A program made the position numbers and the translations under genes. Below, piece after piece: positions 29,622-39,914 of a stretch of 64,000 nucleotides of DNA (within the stretch, counting starts at the first letter, position 1; each line of letters starts with the position of its first letter). The stretch is from Candidatus Spongiisociaceae bacterium (lineage in GTDB: Bacteria > Actinomycetota > Acidimicrobiia > Spongiisociales > Spongiisociaceae): contig OZ241841.1 in NCBI GenBank assembly GCA_965202665.1, positions 1,312,001-1,376,000 on the forward strand, given 5' to 3'. Under the pieces are notes generated by a model. It searched no databases. It was not told the DNA's origin and saw only the letters and a list, made by a program, of their open reading frames with translations.

Positions 29622-31529
29622 TCAAATATCCAGGAACCGGACGTCGCCCGCATTGCGCTGAATGTACAGCTTGCGGGCGGCCACATCGTCCCCCATCAGC
29701 ACCGTAAACCGTTCGTCGGCTAAAGCGGCGTCCTCCAACTGCACCCGCACCAGGGTGCGGGTGGCCGGGTCCAAGGCGGTGACGCTCAACTCGGCGTCGT
29801 TCATCTCCCCCAGCCCTTTGAAGCGGGTGGGTTTGGCTTTGGGATGGTCGACGCGGAACTTTTCCAAGGCGGCGTCATCGGCCAAATAATGGACTTTTTT
29901 GCCCACCTTCACCCGGTAGAGGGGCGGCACCGCGATGTACACGTTTCCGTTTTCGATCAGCCCCCGCATATGGCGGAACAGGAAAGTGAGCAACAGGGTG
30001 CGTATGTGGGCCCCGTCCACATCGGCGTCGGTGAGGAGCACCACCTTGCCGTAACGGCGCTTGGCGATGTCGAAGTCCTCGCCGATGCCGGTTCCGATGG
30101 CGGTGATCAGGGCCTGAATCTCCTTGTTCTGCAAGGCCTTGCCCAGCCGGGCCTTCTCCACATTGAGGATCTTGCCCCGGATGGGCAGCACCGCTTGGAA
30201 CTCCGATTCGCGCCCGTTTTTGGCCGGGCCCGCCGCCGAATCCCCTTCTACGATGAACAGCTCGGCCCGGTCGGGGTCGCGGGTGGCGCAGTCCACCAGT
30301 TTGCCGGGCAGGGTGGAGGAACCCAGCAACGACTTGCGCCGGATCATTTCCCGGGTCTTGCGGGCGGCTTCCCGGGCGTGTTGCGCTTGACGGGCTTTCT
30401 CCACGATGCGCCGGGCTTCAGTCGAATAACGTTCCAACCATTCTGGCAACATCCTATTGAGCATCTTCTGCACGTAACTGCGAACTTCGGTATTTCCCAG
30501 CTTGGTTTTGGTCTGCCCTTCGAACTGGGGATTGCGCACCTTCACCGAAATCACCGCCGTCAGGCCCTCCCGCACATCTTCCCCGGTCAGGTTGCTGTCC
30601 TTCTCCTTAAGCAGGTTTTTGGCCCGGGCGAAGTCGTTGATGGCCTTGGTGAGGGCGGTTCGGAAGCCCTCCTCGTGGGTCCCTCCTTCGTGAGTGTTGA
30701 TGTTGTTGGCGAAACTGAGCACGCTTTCGCTGTAGGAGGAAGTCCATTGCAGGGCGGCGTCCATCGTGATGTCCTCGCCTTCTTCCTCCAAATTGACGAT
30801 GTGCGCATGCAACGGGTCGCGGGAGCCGTTCAGATGCTTGACGAAATCCGACAGGCCGCCTTTGTAACGAAACTCGTCGGCGCGCCCGTTGCGTTCGTCA
30901 GTCAGCCGAATGCACAGGTTACGGTTCAAAAAGGCCAACTCCCGCAGGCGTCCGGAAATGGTTTCGTAATTGAAGTCGGTGGTGTCGGTGAACACCTCCG
31001 GGTCCGGCCAGAAGGTGATGGTGGTGCCGGTGCGTGTCAGCTTGCGCCCTTTGGCCACCTCCGCCTGCACCGGTTTGCCCCGGATGAACTCCTGCGACCA
31101 TACGAACCCGTCCCGCACCACCTGCGCCTCCAGCCGCTCCGACAAGCCGTTGACCACCGCCATCCCCACCCCGTGCAGGCCGCCAGAAACGATGTAGGCC
31201 CCTTCCTCGAACTTGCCGCCGGAATGGAGGGTGGTGAGCACGGTGGTCAAAGCGGAACGACGGGTCTTGGAATGCCGGGCCACCGGGATCCCCCGGCCGT
31301 TGTCCACCACCCGGCATCCCCCACCGGACAACAACGTGACGTCGATCCGGTCCGCAAAACCTGCCACCGCCTCGTCCACCGAATTGTCCACTATCTCCCA
31401 CACCAGATGGTGCAGGCCGCGCGGGCCGGTGGAGCCTATGTACATGCCGGGCCGCTTGCGGACCGCTTCCATCCCTTCCAGGACTTTGATGTCTTTGGCG
31501 CCGTAATCCGACGCTTGTCTGGTAGTCAC
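29622..31529 (-). CDS. gyrB: DNA gyrase subunit B
   Basis: [37 protein letters not shown]; start GTG 31529. Confidence 0.97.
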   Translation of the reverse strand: MTTRQASDYGAKDIKVLEGMEAVRKRPGMYIGSTGPRGLHHLVWEIVDNSVDEAVAGFADRIDVTLLSGGGCRVVDNGRGIPVARHSKTRRSALTTVLTTLHSGGKFEEGAYIVSGGLHGVGMAVVNGLSERLEAQVVRDGFVWSQEFIRGKPVQAEVAKGRKLTRTGTTITFWPDPEVFTDTTDFNYETISGRLRELAFLNRNLCIRLTDERNGRADEFRYKGGLSDFVKHLNGSRDPLHAHIVNLEEEGEDITMDAALQWTSSYSESVLSFANNINTHEGGTHEEGFRTALTKAINDFARAKNLLKEKDSNLTGEDVREGLTAVISVKVRNPQFEGQTKTKLGNTEVRSYVQKMLNRMLPEWLERYSTEARRIVEKARQAQHAREAARKTREMIRRKSLLGSSTLPGKLVDCATRDPDRAELFIVEGDSAAGPAKNGRESEFQAVLPIRGKILNVEKARLGKALQNKEIQALITAIGTGIGEDFDIAKRRYGKVVLLTDADVDGAHIRTLLLTFLFRHMRGLIENGNVYIAVPPLYRVKVGKKVHYLADDAALEKFRVDHPKAKPTRFKGLGEMNDAELSVTALDPATRTLVRVQLEDAALADERFTVLMGDDVAARKLYIQRNAGDVRFLDI

Positions 31530-31797
31530 TAGTCCGCTTTCTCCAAACCGGGCCCGTTTGGCCGGGCTTCTTCCAGTGCGTTGAGGGCCGCCCGCTGGTT
31601 GCCGTGCAGGCGCCTCTCTTTCTCGTCCCGGCCGACTTTTCCACGGCCTCGTCCACCGCCCGCTCCGGCCCTCCGCTAGCCGACCCGGCGGGCGCTTCCC
31701 TCCCCCGGCTTTTAGACCCGGGGCCAACGCCCCGCGCTGTTTATTCTAGTAGGTTTCCACGGCTAAACCAAGCCTTTCCATCCTGCTCCGCGGCGGA

Positions 31798-32154
31798 TTA
31801 AGAAACCGGCGAAAACCCCGTCTGACCAGGGTTTTTACCGTCAGGGGAAGAGGGGCGGCGGGGAGGGGCGGCCACCCTGACCGACCGTACCACCCCCGGT
31901 CCGAAATGCCGTTCCAACCGCGCCTGCAGTTGATTAGCCGAGAAAGCCAAAACGCGTACCATGGCGGCTTCTCTGGACTGCACCGTCAACTCTCCGTGCC
32001 GGATCACCAACGGGTCGCTGGCCCCCGCCCAAGGCGGCCCGGCCAACTCGTCCCACCGGCCGGCCAACTCCTCCAACACCGCCAGCGGGGCCAAGCCCAA
32101 CTGGGTGAAAATCTCTTCCAGATCCCGCCGGAGCGGAGTCAGTTCCCCACTCAT
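31798..32154 (-). CDS. DUF721/DciA family protein
   Basis: Lies between recF and gyrB; RWDELAG...GELTV...VRSVRV pattern. Confidence 0.8.
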   Translation of the reverse strand: MSGELTPLRRDLEEIFTQLGLAPLAVLEELAGRWDELAGPPWAGASDPLVIRHGELTVQSREAAMVRVLAFSANQLQARLERHFGPGVVRSVRVAAPPRRPSSPDGKNPGQTGFSPVS

Positions 32155-33233
32155 CGCACCGCTCCCTCCGACACATGCCACAGCCTGCCCGCCACCGGCA
32201 CTTCCTCCTCGCGGGCGGTGGTGATAAAAGTCTGCGCCCCCGGCAAAGCCTCGGCCAAAGCGGTGGAGCGTTGCGCGTCCAACTCGGAGAACACATCGTC
32301 CAACAGGAGCAAAGGGGCCTCCCCGGTCTTGCGCCGCACCGCGGCGTGGGCGGCCAGCCGTATCGCCAAGGCCAAAGTTCGTTGCTCGCCTTGGCTGGCC
32401 CGGGTTCGGGAATCCCGCTCCCCCAGCCGGATGGTCAAATCATCCCGGTGCGGCCCCGTGGTGGACATCCTCCGTTCCATGTCATCCGACCGGGAGCGGG
32501 CCAAGGCCCCGGCCAACTGGTCGGACCACTCCCCCTCTCCAGGGTTCGCCCATCCGGCCTGGTAACTCAAACGGACCTGGACATCCGATTCGGACATTTT
32601 CCGATACATAGCGGCGGTCTCCTCCTGCAGGGCGGCGATGGTCGCCTGCCGTCTATCCATCAGTTTGCCCCCCGCCTGTGACAAACGGCCGTCCCACACG
32701 TCCAAGGTGGCGGGATCGGCCCCTCTTCCTTGGGAGCGAAGCAAGGCGTTGCGTTGCCGCAGGGCCCGCTCGTAGTCCTGTTGATCTTGATAGGCCCCCG
32801 GCCAGATCTGCACCGCCGTCGCGTCCAACAGATGGCGCCGGTAGGACGGGCTCCGTTTCACAAAATCCAAATCATCGGGGAGGAAGACCACGGCGCGCAC
32901 CGCCCCCAACAGGTCGGCGGCCCGGGACAGGCGGCGCCGGTTCAGCTGGGCGCGCCGGCGGCCTGCGGCCGGTATTTCAATCTCCACCAAAGCGGAGGAT
33001 TCTCCTTGCTCCGCCTCCCCGCGCACCACGCACTGTTCGCGCCCGGCGGCCACCAACTCGGAGTCCGGGACGCGCCGGAAGGAACGCAGAGAACCCAGGT
33101 AACCGATCGCTTCCAACAGGTTCGTCTTGCCCGCCCCGTTGCGCCCCGTCAGCACATTGACATCAGGTTCGGGTTCCCAGCGCAGGTCCCCGTAACTGCG
33201 GAACCCCGCCAACTCCAGCCAGACGAGCCCCAT
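32151..33233 (-). CDS. recF: DNA replication/repair protein RecF
   Basis: FRSY, GRNGAGKTNLLEAI, GPHRDDL, SQGEQR, LLLDDVFSELD. Confidence 0.97.
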   Translation of the reverse strand: MGLVWLELAGFRSYGDLRWEPEPDVNVLTGRNGAGKTNLLEAIGYLGSLRSFRRVPDSELVAAGREQCVVRGEAEQGESSALVEIEIPAAGRRRAQLNRRRLSRAADLLGAVRAVVFLPDDLDFVKRSPSYRRHLLDATAVQIWPGAYQDQQDYERALRQRNALLRSQGRGADPATLDVWDGRLSQAGGKLMDRRQATIAALQEETAAMYRKMSESDVQVRLSYQAGWANPGEGEWSDQLAGALARSRSDDMERRMSTTGPHRDDLTIRLGERDSRTRASQGEQRTLALAIRLAAHAAVRRKTGEAPLLLLDDVFSELDAQRSTALAEALPGAQTFITTAREEEVPVAGRLWHVSEGAVR

Positions 33234-33252
33234 GGCGCCGCCCCGCCGGGGC

Positions 33253-34440
33253 CTAGACGCGCACGGGCATAAGCAGATACTGGAAGCCGCCCGGATCCCG
33301 ACCTCTGATCAGCCCCGGCTTGAGGCCGTCCACCACCTCCAAGGCCACTTTGTCGGTTTCAATGGCCGCCACCCCGTCCCGGACGTAGGTGGGGTTGAAC
33401 GCAACATCGATCTCTTCTTCCGGGCCCTCGAAGGCGCCGGCTATCAACTCCGACTCGCCCCCCACGTCCTGGCGTTGGACGGAAAGTTGCGCCCCGGTGG
33501 AGGTCAGTTTCAGTTTGATGGGTATGTGATCCTCCGCCACCAAAACCGCTCGGTCGAGAGCTGCCAGCATCTGGGTGCGCTCGAACGTCATCCGATTGGG
33601 ATTACTGTCGGGAAGCAACTGACGGTAGTTGGGAAAGGTCCCGTCGATCAACCGCAGGCTAAGAATCCCCCGCTCGGAGGCGAATACCGCGGTGCGCTCA
33701 TCGATGGCCACCCGCACCTCTTCGGCGCCGACCGTTCGCTCCATCTCGTTCAAGCCGCGGGCGGGCACCAAGCCGGCCCCGGACAATTTCACCTCCGGCA
33801 GGTCGCGCACCGCCAGCCGATAGGAGTCGGTGGCCACCAAGCGCATCCCCCCGTCTTCGTTTTCAATTTGGACTCCGGTGAGAATGGGGCGCGCCTCGTC
33901 GGTGGATGCGGCCACCGTCACCTGGGAGATGGCGGCCGCCAGCTGTTTGCCGGACACGGTGACCGCTTCTTCCAAATTAGGTTCATCCAGGTTGGGGAAA
34001 TCTTCCGCCGACATAACTCGAATATTGAACTGGGGACCGCCCTCGCCGGATCCCTGGCCGGAAACCTTTACCGCTCCGTCCTCGGAACTGATGGTGATCG
34101 CCCCCTCCGGCATTTTCCTCAGCACGTCCGTAATCAACTTGCTGGGCACCACGCACCGGCCCTCGGAATGTACGCTCACTTGTACAGTTACGCGGACCGT
34201 CACATCCAGACTGGACCCGGTGATGGTCAACTGGCCCGCGGAGGCCTCGCACAGCACCCCTTGCAAAATAGGCATGGAAGTACGGGAGCCGACCCCTCGA
34301 TTGGCGCGGGCGAACCCATCCGCCAACTCATCACGGTCGGCGCGGATCTCCAATCCGGCGTTGGAAGGCCCCTCCGAGTTCGGTGACGCCTCCTCAAGAG
34401 CCGGAGTTTCCATTTCGGTTACGGTCTGGTCGGTTTCCAC
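33253..34440 (-). CDS. dnaN: DNA polymerase III beta clamp
   Basis: RPILTGV, ATDSYRLA, LIDGTFPNY, AFNP, YLLMPVR; GGAGG before GTG 34440. Confidence 0.96.
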   Translation of the reverse strand: METDQTVTEMETPALEEASPNSEGPSNAGLEIRADRDELADGFARANRGVGSRTSMPILQGVLCEASAGQLTITGSSLDVTVRVTVQVSVHSEGRCVVPSKLITDVLRKMPEGAITISSEDGAVKVSGQGSGEGGPQFNIRVMSAEDFPNLDEPNLEEAVTVSGKQLAAAISQVTVAASTDEARPILTGVQIENEDGGMRLVATDSYRLAVRDLPEVKLSGAGLVPARGLNEMERTVGAEEVRVAIDERTAVFASERGILSLRLIDGTFPNYRQLLPDSNPNRMTFERTQMLAALDRAVLVAEDHIPIKLKLTSTGAQLSVQRQDVGGESELIAGAFEGPEEEIDVAFNPTYVRDGVAAIETDKVALEVVDGLKPGLIRGRDPGGFQYLLMPVRV

Positions 34441-34454
34441 GGTCTTTCCTCCCG

Positions 34455-34630
34455 TTCTATGATGGTTGCTAATATTAGTATATAACAAGTTATCGTAGTA
34501 GACAATGTGTATAAGTGGATATTGTCTCAAAAGTGCTGGTCAGGGGCGGTTTCGGTTGGCCACAGCCGGTGTGGACGGCGGGCCGGTTATGCACCGCCCG
34601 GCGCGCGGCGGAGCGGGCGGTCGTGGAAAA
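34455..34630. other. oriC: oriC unwinding region: tandem DnaA boxes, DnaA-trios and AT-rich DUE
   Basis: Minus strand reads ATATCCACT/TTATACACA (34506-34522), then TTGT-CTACTACGATAA and an AT-rich tract; degenerate boxes at 34556 and 34570; lies between dnaA and dnaN. Confidence 0.85.
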
Positions 34631-34647
34631 GCGCGGGCGACGGTGGT

Positions 34648-36036
34648 TCATTTGGCGGACAGCGCGTGGGACAGGTCGGTTACCTCGTCGCACAGGTTCA
34701 AATCGGTGGGAAGCCGTCGCTGCACCTTGTTGTAGGCGTGCATGACGGTGGTGTGATCCCGGTTGCCGAACAGTTTGCCGATCTTCGGGTAGGACAGGTT
34801 GGCCAGGTCCCGGCATAGGTACATCGCCACCTGGCGGGCCAGGACCAACTTCGATTTGCGGCTGGGGCCTTCCATGTCGGCGATGGAGAACCCGTACCGT
34901 ATGGCGGTTTTAGCTAAGATTTCCGGGCCGCTGGGGCGGCGGCCGGTTCCGGACGGGAGCATGTCCCGCAGGGCGTTTTCCGCCAATTCCAACGTGATGG
35001 GGCGCGCTTCCAAGGCGGCGTAGGCCGCTACCCGATTGAGGGCCCCTTCCAGTTCCCGAATGTTGTCGGTGATGTGGCGGGCGATGAAATCCAGGACTTC
35101 ATCGGGGGCCGGCACTTTGGACAGCTCGGCGTTGCTGCGGAGGATGGCCTGCCTGGTTTCCACATCGGGCGGGCCGATGTCGGTCATTAATCCGGAGGTG
35201 AACCGGGAACGGAGGCGCTCCTCGATGGCCGACAGATCCTTGGGGGGGCGGTCGCAGGTGAGAACCATCTGCCGGTCGGCTTCGTGCAGGGCGTTGAAGG
35301 TGTGGAACACTTCTTCCAGGACCTGCTCCTTGCCTTCGAAGAACTGGATGTCGTCTACCAGCAACAGATTGGCGCTTCGGTAACGTTGCTTGAATTCGTC
35401 CATTCGCTTGCGCCGTATGCTGTCGATGAATTCGTTGACGAAGTTTTCCGAGGTGGCGTAGCGGATGCGGGCCCCCGGCCGCATGGCCTTGGTGTGGTGG
35501 CTGACGGCGTGCAACAGGTGGGTCTTTCCCAAACCCGCCGCGCCGTAGATGAACAGCGGGTTGTAACGTCCGCCGGGCTGTTCGGCCACCGCTTTGGCGG
35601 CCGCTAAGGCCAGGCGGTTGGAGGAACCGGCGATGAAGTTGTCGAATACGTATTTGCCGGCTAGGCGGGAGGCGGGGCCGGAGCCGTTGCTTTCGGGCGG
35701 CGGCTCGGTCGGCTCGGTTGCGGCGACGGGCGGGGTCCGGGTGCGGGAGGGAGCGGAGCCGTTCCCTGTTCCTGGGGACGCCAAGCGATCGGACACCGCA
35801 TATTCCACCGAGGCGGCGGATCCGAGATGTTCTTCGGCGGCCTGGTCCAGCAGGTGCTGGTAGTTCTCGCTGAGCCATTGGCTGTGGAAGGCGGATGGTG
35901 AGATCACGCGTAACACCCGCTCATCGATTTCGAAGTTTACCGAGGAGAACCATGTGCTCCATTTCATGGTCGGTATGCGAGACTGGAGCGTCTCGACGAG
36001 TTGTCTGTTGTTGGTAATGGTCCGTGTTTGTGCCAC
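34648..36036 (-). CDS. dnaA: Chromosomal replication initiator DnaA
   Basis: YNPLFIYGAAGLGKTHLL, DDIQF, RLRSRF, RELEGAL, RDHTTVMHA. Confidence 0.98.
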   Translation of the reverse strand: MAQTRTITNNRQLVETLQSRIPTMKWSTWFSSVNFEIDERVLRVISPSAFHSQWLSENYQHLLDQAAEEHLGSAASVEYAVSDRLASPGTGNGSAPSRTRTPPVAATEPTEPPPESNGSGPASRLAGKYVFDNFIAGSSNRLALAAAKAVAEQPGGRYNPLFIYGAAGLGKTHLLHAVSHHTKAMRPGARIRYATSENFVNEFIDSIRRKRMDEFKQRYRSANLLLVDDIQFFEGKEQVLEEVFHTFNALHEADRQMVLTCDRPPKDLSAIEERLRSRFTSGLMTDIGPPDVETRQAILRSNAELSKVPAPDEVLDFIARHITDNIRELEGALNRVAAYAALEARPITLELAENALRDMLPSGTGRRPSGPEILAKTAIRYGFSIADMEGPSRKSKLVLARQVAMYLCRDLANLSYPKIGKLFGNRDHTTVMHAYNKVQRRLPTDLNLCDEVTDLSHALSAK

Positions 36037-36071
36037 CGCTTTGGCCTCCCGGTTCTGATGCGCCGTTGCGG

Positions 36072-36104
36072 ATTTCCACAGCCCTTTTCCACAGGTGTGG
36101 AGAA
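36072..36104. promoter_or_regulatory. DnaA-box cluster upstream of dnaA
   Basis: ATTTCCACA 36072, TTTTCCACA 36085, TGTGGAGAA 36096. Confidence 0.75.
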
Positions 36105-36506
36105 GATGTGCGGGTCACACTTTGGTACATGTGGCTTATGACGGCGATGGCAACCAGGGGCTGCCTCCGTGTATGTCCCCGATGGACGAAGCAAGCCATT
36201 CGCTTGAGCTCGCCCCGTCCCTCGTTCGGTGAGGAGAATACACGGCCGCCGCCGCCCGCCTGAAAGGGCAAAACACCGCCCATTTGCCTCCCTAAAGCGC
36301 TGAATTCCCTAGTAGATGGCAAAAAACGACTCTCCCCCGGCGCTCTTCCGATGAGTCAAGCCGTTATGAAAAATTTTCCCGGTCTTAATTTTTAATTCCC
36401 GACCTGCTCCCGGCCGAGCCCGGTTCGGATGTCCCCGGGATCGCCGGTACGCCCGCCCCGGTCCGTCAACGCCAGCCGTATTATGGCCGGCCCGGGGGGT
36501 CCTGCT

Positions 36507-36535
36507 TTGCAAACCGCGGGGAAAGGTCGTATAAT
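36507..36535 (+). promoter_or_regulatory. Housekeeping sigma promoter of the rpmH operon
   Basis: TTGCAA-17 bp-TATAAT. Confidence 0.7.
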
Positions 36536-36627
36536 GGGGGAAACCGCGCCCCGGGCCCGGATGTCGCACAGAGGCGACTGACCGCCGTCCGGCCGGGACC
36601 GAACTATGAGCCGCTTGGAGTTTCATC

Positions 36628-36762
36628 GTGAAGCGAACCTACCAACCGAACAATCGTCGCCGGAAGCGCAAGCACGGCTTCCGTCGCCGGATGCGAACCC
36701 GGCAGGGCCGGATGCTTCTGAAACGGCGGCGTCAGAAGGGCAGACGCCGCTTGGCCGCGTAA
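36628..36762 (+). CDS. rpmH: 50S ribosomal protein L34
   Basis: Manual translation [44 protein letters not shown]; too short for the ORF track. Confidence 0.97.
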   Translation: MKRTYQPNNRRRKRKHGFRRRMRTRQGRMLLKRRRQKGRRRLAA

Positions 36763-36771
36763 CCGGCGCCG

Positions 36772-37134
36772 ATGGCATCCGGAACGGCATCGGTGCGCAC
36801 CTTTCAATCTCTGCGCGGCTCCGGACGGTTCGACGATTTATTTCGCAACGGCGTTAGGGTGAGGCACCAGGGGGTGACGGTCGTCAAGCTGGATCGGGAG
36901 CCGGGACCGGCCCGGGTGGGCTTGGTAGTGGGCCGTCGGGTGGGCGGAGCGGTAATGCGCAACCGGATAAAGCGCCGTCTGCGGGAGGCTTTGCGCCGGG
37001 TGGGGGTGGCCCCGGGGGCGGATTACGCGGTGATAGCGTCCGACAAGTTGGCGCAAGCGCGGTTTAGCGCGGTTTGCGATTGGATACAGACGGCGTTGGA
37101 CGAGGCCGAAACGGCAATGGAGATGAAGAAATGA
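36772..37134 (+). CDS. rnpA: Ribonuclease P protein component
   Basis: RVGLVVGRRVGGAVMRNRIKRRLRE. Confidence 0.93.
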   Translation: MASGTASVRTFQSLRGSGRFDDLFRNGVRVRHQGVTVVKLDREPGPARVGLVVGRRVGGAVMRNRIKRRLREALRRVGVAPGADYAVIASDKLAQARFSAVCDWIQTALDEAETAMEMKK

Positions 37135-37418
37135 GGTCCAACCAGGCAACCGAAGCCGACCTCGCTCCCCCCGAGGCGGGGCGAGTCGGCCCGTTGGCGA
37201 TGGCCGGTCGGGCTATGATTACGGTTTACCAGAACACGATCGGCCCGATGTTGCCGAGTTCTTGCCGGTTTTATCCGACCTGTTCCCGCTATGCCTATCA
37301 GGCGATGGGGCGGTTCGGCTTCTGGAAGGGGTCTTGGATGGGCTTGAGAAGGATCGGGCGGTGCAATCCTTTCACCCCCGGCGGCGTCGATCCGGTTCCT
37401 GAGCGAAAGGAAAGTTGA
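37131..37418 (+). CDS. yidD: Membrane protein insertion efficiency factor
   Basis: CRFYPTCSRY, RIGRCNPF..GGVDPVP. Confidence 0.93.
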   Translation: MRSNQATEADLAPPEAGRVGPLAMAGRAMITVYQNTIGPMLPSSCRFYPTCSRYAYQAMGRFGFWKGSWMGLRRIGRCNPFTPGGVDPVPERKES

Positions 37419-38287
37419 TGGGGCAACTTTGGGACGGGTTGCAGTCCCTTTTAGGAGGTATTTTATCGTTCTTTTACGATATTATACCCAACTACGGGGT
37501 TTCCATCATTTTTCTGACCTTGGTGGTCAACCTGCTGGTTTTTCCGCTCACCCTTAAGCAGGTGCGCTCCACCCGGGCCATGCAGGAACTTCAGCCTGAG
37601 ATGCAACGATTGCGCAAGGAATACAAGGATGATCCGGAAACGATGAACAAAATGGTGATGGAACTGTACCGGAGCCGGGGGGCGAGCCCTTTGGGATGCG
37701 TATTCCCGTTGCTGGTGCAGATGCCCATTTGGTTCGCTCTGTTTCAGGTATTGCGCGAGCCGGAAAGGGGTTTGCCCGCCGGGTCGGCTTTGGACTCGGC
37801 CCGTCTGGATGGGCCTTTGACCTTCTTCGGCTTGGATTTGGCCCGGGAACCGTCCACTGCGGTGTCCGAGTGGGGGGTTCTTTCCTTGCAGGCTCTCCCC
37901 TATCTGGCTATGGTGTTGATCGTTATCGGCACCGGTTACCTGCAACAGAAACTGATCGCCCCCAAATCATCAACTGCGGACCAGTCGCCTCAGGCGCAGA
38001 GCATGCAAAGGATAACCAAGGTTTTGCCGTTGGTGTTTGGGGCGATCTCGTATATCTGGCCGATCGGTTTGAACCTGTATTTTGCCACGAGCAACCTGTT
38101 CAGAACCGGACAGCAGCTCCTGATTTTCAAGATAGACGGCCGCCCTGGTCAGGAAAAGCGAGAAAAAGGGCCGCCGGACAATGGCCAGCCGCAACTTGGC
38201 GCTGACCAGAAGCAAGGGCAGGTGGATAAGCCACCGCCGAAACCACAGGGTTCGCGTAAGAAGCGCTCCCGACGTAGGAGAGGGTAG
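37418..38287 (+). CDS. yidC: Membrane protein insertase YidC
   Basis: YGVSII.LT, MQELQPE, GC.PLLVQMPI, GLNLYF..SN. Confidence 0.93.
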   Translation: MGQLWDGLQSLLGGILSFFYDIIPNYGVSIIFLTLVVNLLVFPLTLKQVRSTRAMQELQPEMQRLRKEYKDDPETMNKMVMELYRSRGASPLGCVFPLLVQMPIWFALFQVLREPERGLPAGSALDSARLDGPLTFFGLDLAREPSTAVSEWGVLSLQALPYLAMVLIVIGTGYLQQKLIAPKSSTADQSPQAQSMQRITKVLPLVFGAISYIWPIGLNLYFATSNLFRTGQQLLIFKIDGRPGQEKREKGPPDNGQPQLGADQKQGQVDKPPPKPQGSRKKRSRRRRG

Positions 38288-38292
38288 GACAA

Positions 38293-39066
38293 ATGGTGGA
38301 ATGGGTAGAGACCACAGCCAAATCAGTCAAGTTGGCGGTGAAAGCCGCCATGGAGGAACTGGGCCTGGAGGACGAGGAACAGGCCGAGATCAAGGTGATC
38401 CAGGAGGCGCAAGGCGGCTTTCTGGGCATTGGCGGGCAGGACGCCATCGTACGCGTGAAGCCCCGCCCCCGGCCGCGCAATCGTAAAAGGCCCCGCAAGC
38501 AGGGAGAACCCGCCCGCCCCAAACGCCCCGCTGCCGACAACCGTCCCCCGGCCGCCGAGCGTTCTTCTTCCGGTGCTCCAGATGCTCCGTCCCGGGCCGA
38601 TGTCTCCCGGGAGCCGGATCAGCAAGATGCCAAGATCGTCAAGAAGTTCTTGGAAGGACTGTTGGAACAGTTCGGCTTGGAGGGCAAGGTAAAGGTGGAA
38701 ATCAAGGGGAAAGTCATCCTGGCCAACGTGACCGGGGAACAGACAGAGGCCTTGATAGGCCCCAAAGCCAGTGTGTTGCAGTCCGTACATGAACTGACCA
38801 AGACGGTTTTGCAACGCAAGACGGCCAAACGGTTGCGCGTTCGGTTGGATATAGCCGGTTACGCGGCGCGCAGGCAGGAGGCGTTGGTGATCTATGCCGG
38901 AAAACTGGCTCAGCAGGTCGTGGAGGAGCACACCGAGATAATGCTGGAGCCGATGAACGCCGGAGATCGGAAGGTGGTGCATGACGCCATCTCCGAGGTG
39001 GAGGGGGTTCGCTCCTATTCGGAAGGCGAAGAACCGCGTCGCTCGGTGGTGATATCCCCCGAATAG
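38293..39066 (+). CDS. jag: RNA-binding protein Jag/KhpB (Jag_N-KH-R3H)
   Basis: GGFLGIG, LEPMNAGDRKVVHD, SYSEGEEPRRSVV. Confidence 0.92.
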   Translation: MVEWVETTAKSVKLAVKAAMEELGLEDEEQAEIKVIQEAQGGFLGIGGQDAIVRVKPRPRPRNRKRPRKQGEPARPKRPAADNRPPAAERSSSGAPDAPSRADVSREPDQQDAKIVKKFLEGLLEQFGLEGKVKVEIKGKVILANVTGEQTEALIGPKASVLQSVHELTKTVLQRKTAKRLRVRLDIAGYAARRQEALVIYAGKLAQQVVEEHTEIMLEPMNAGDRKVVHDAISEVEGVRSYSEGEEPRRSVVISPE

Positions 39067-39067
39067 A

Positions 39068-39083
39068 TGTTTCACGTGAAACA
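39068..39083. promoter_or_regulatory. parS: parS centromere site (perfect palindrome TGTTTCACGTGAAACA)
   Basis: Consensus 16-mer immediately upstream of parAB. Confidence 0.95.
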
Positions 39084-39099
39084 TAGCGGCGGGGAATGC

Positions 39100-39127
39100 T
39101 TGACAATCCGTCCGGAGTCGCTAGATT
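39100..39127 (+). promoter_or_regulatory. parAB promoter (probably leaderless)
   Basis: TTGACA-16 bp-TAGATT, with ATG 6 nt downstream. Confidence 0.65.
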
Positions 39128-39133
39128 GGGCCT

Positions 39134-39913
39134 ATGAACCGGCCCCTGATAGTCGCCATCGCCAATCAAAAGGGCGGAGTAGGCAAAACAACCACCGCCA
39201 TTAGCTTGTCAGCCTGCTTGGCGATTATGGATAAGAGGGTGTTGGTGGTGGACCTGGATCCTCAGGGCAACACCACCTCCGGGCTAGGTGTGGAACCGAA
39301 CGAGCTGGAGACCTCCGTCTACGATGTGTTGTTAGGCGATGCCTCGTTGTTGGATTCCACCGAACCGACCAGCGTCAAGAACTTGTTCCTAGTTCCCGCC
39401 ACCATTGATTTAGCCGGGGCGGAAATAGAGCTGGTATCGGTTATGAATCGGGAAAGAAGGTTGGATTCTGCTCTGGCGGAGACCGGTGACGACTATGACT
39501 ACATCTTCGTGGATTGCCCGCCCAGCCTGGGCTTGCTTACCATCAACGCCTTGGCGGCCTGCGATGAGATACTGATACCCATTCAATGCGAATATTACGC
39601 CTTGGAGGGGCTGGGCCAGCTGTTGCGCAACGTGGAACTGGTGAAAGAAAACCTGAACAACAGGTTGGAAGTGGGAGGGGTGTTGCTTACCATGTACGAT
39701 GGCCGCACCAAACTGTCCTCGCAGGTGGTGGATGAAGTCCGGGAGTATTTCGGCGACAAAGCCTACAAAGCGGTGGTTCCCCGCTCGGTTCGGCTATCCG
39801 AAGCCCCTTCCTACGGTGAACCGATTGAAACCTACTCTGGTATGAGTCCGGGAGCCATCGCCTATCGGCTGGCGGCCCGGGAGTTTATCCAACGACACGA
39901 CAAGGAGGAGTAA
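39134..39913 (+). CDS. parA: Chromosome partitioning ATPase ParA/Soj
   Basis: NQKGGVGKTTT, DLDPQGN, DCPPSLG, QCEYYALEG. Confidence 0.96.
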   Translation: MNRPLIVAIANQKGGVGKTTTAISLSACLAIMDKRVLVVDLDPQGNTTSGLGVEPNELETSVYDVLLGDASLLDSTEPTSVKNLFLVPATIDLAGAEIELVSVMNRERRLDSALAETGDDYDYIFVDCPPSLGLLTINALAACDEILIPIQCEYYALEGLGQLLRNVELVKENLNNRLEVGGVLLTMYDGRTKLSSQVVDEVREYFGDKAYKAVVPRSVRLSEAPSYGEPIETYSGMSPGAIAYRLAAREFIQRHDKEE

Positions 39914-39914
39914 A

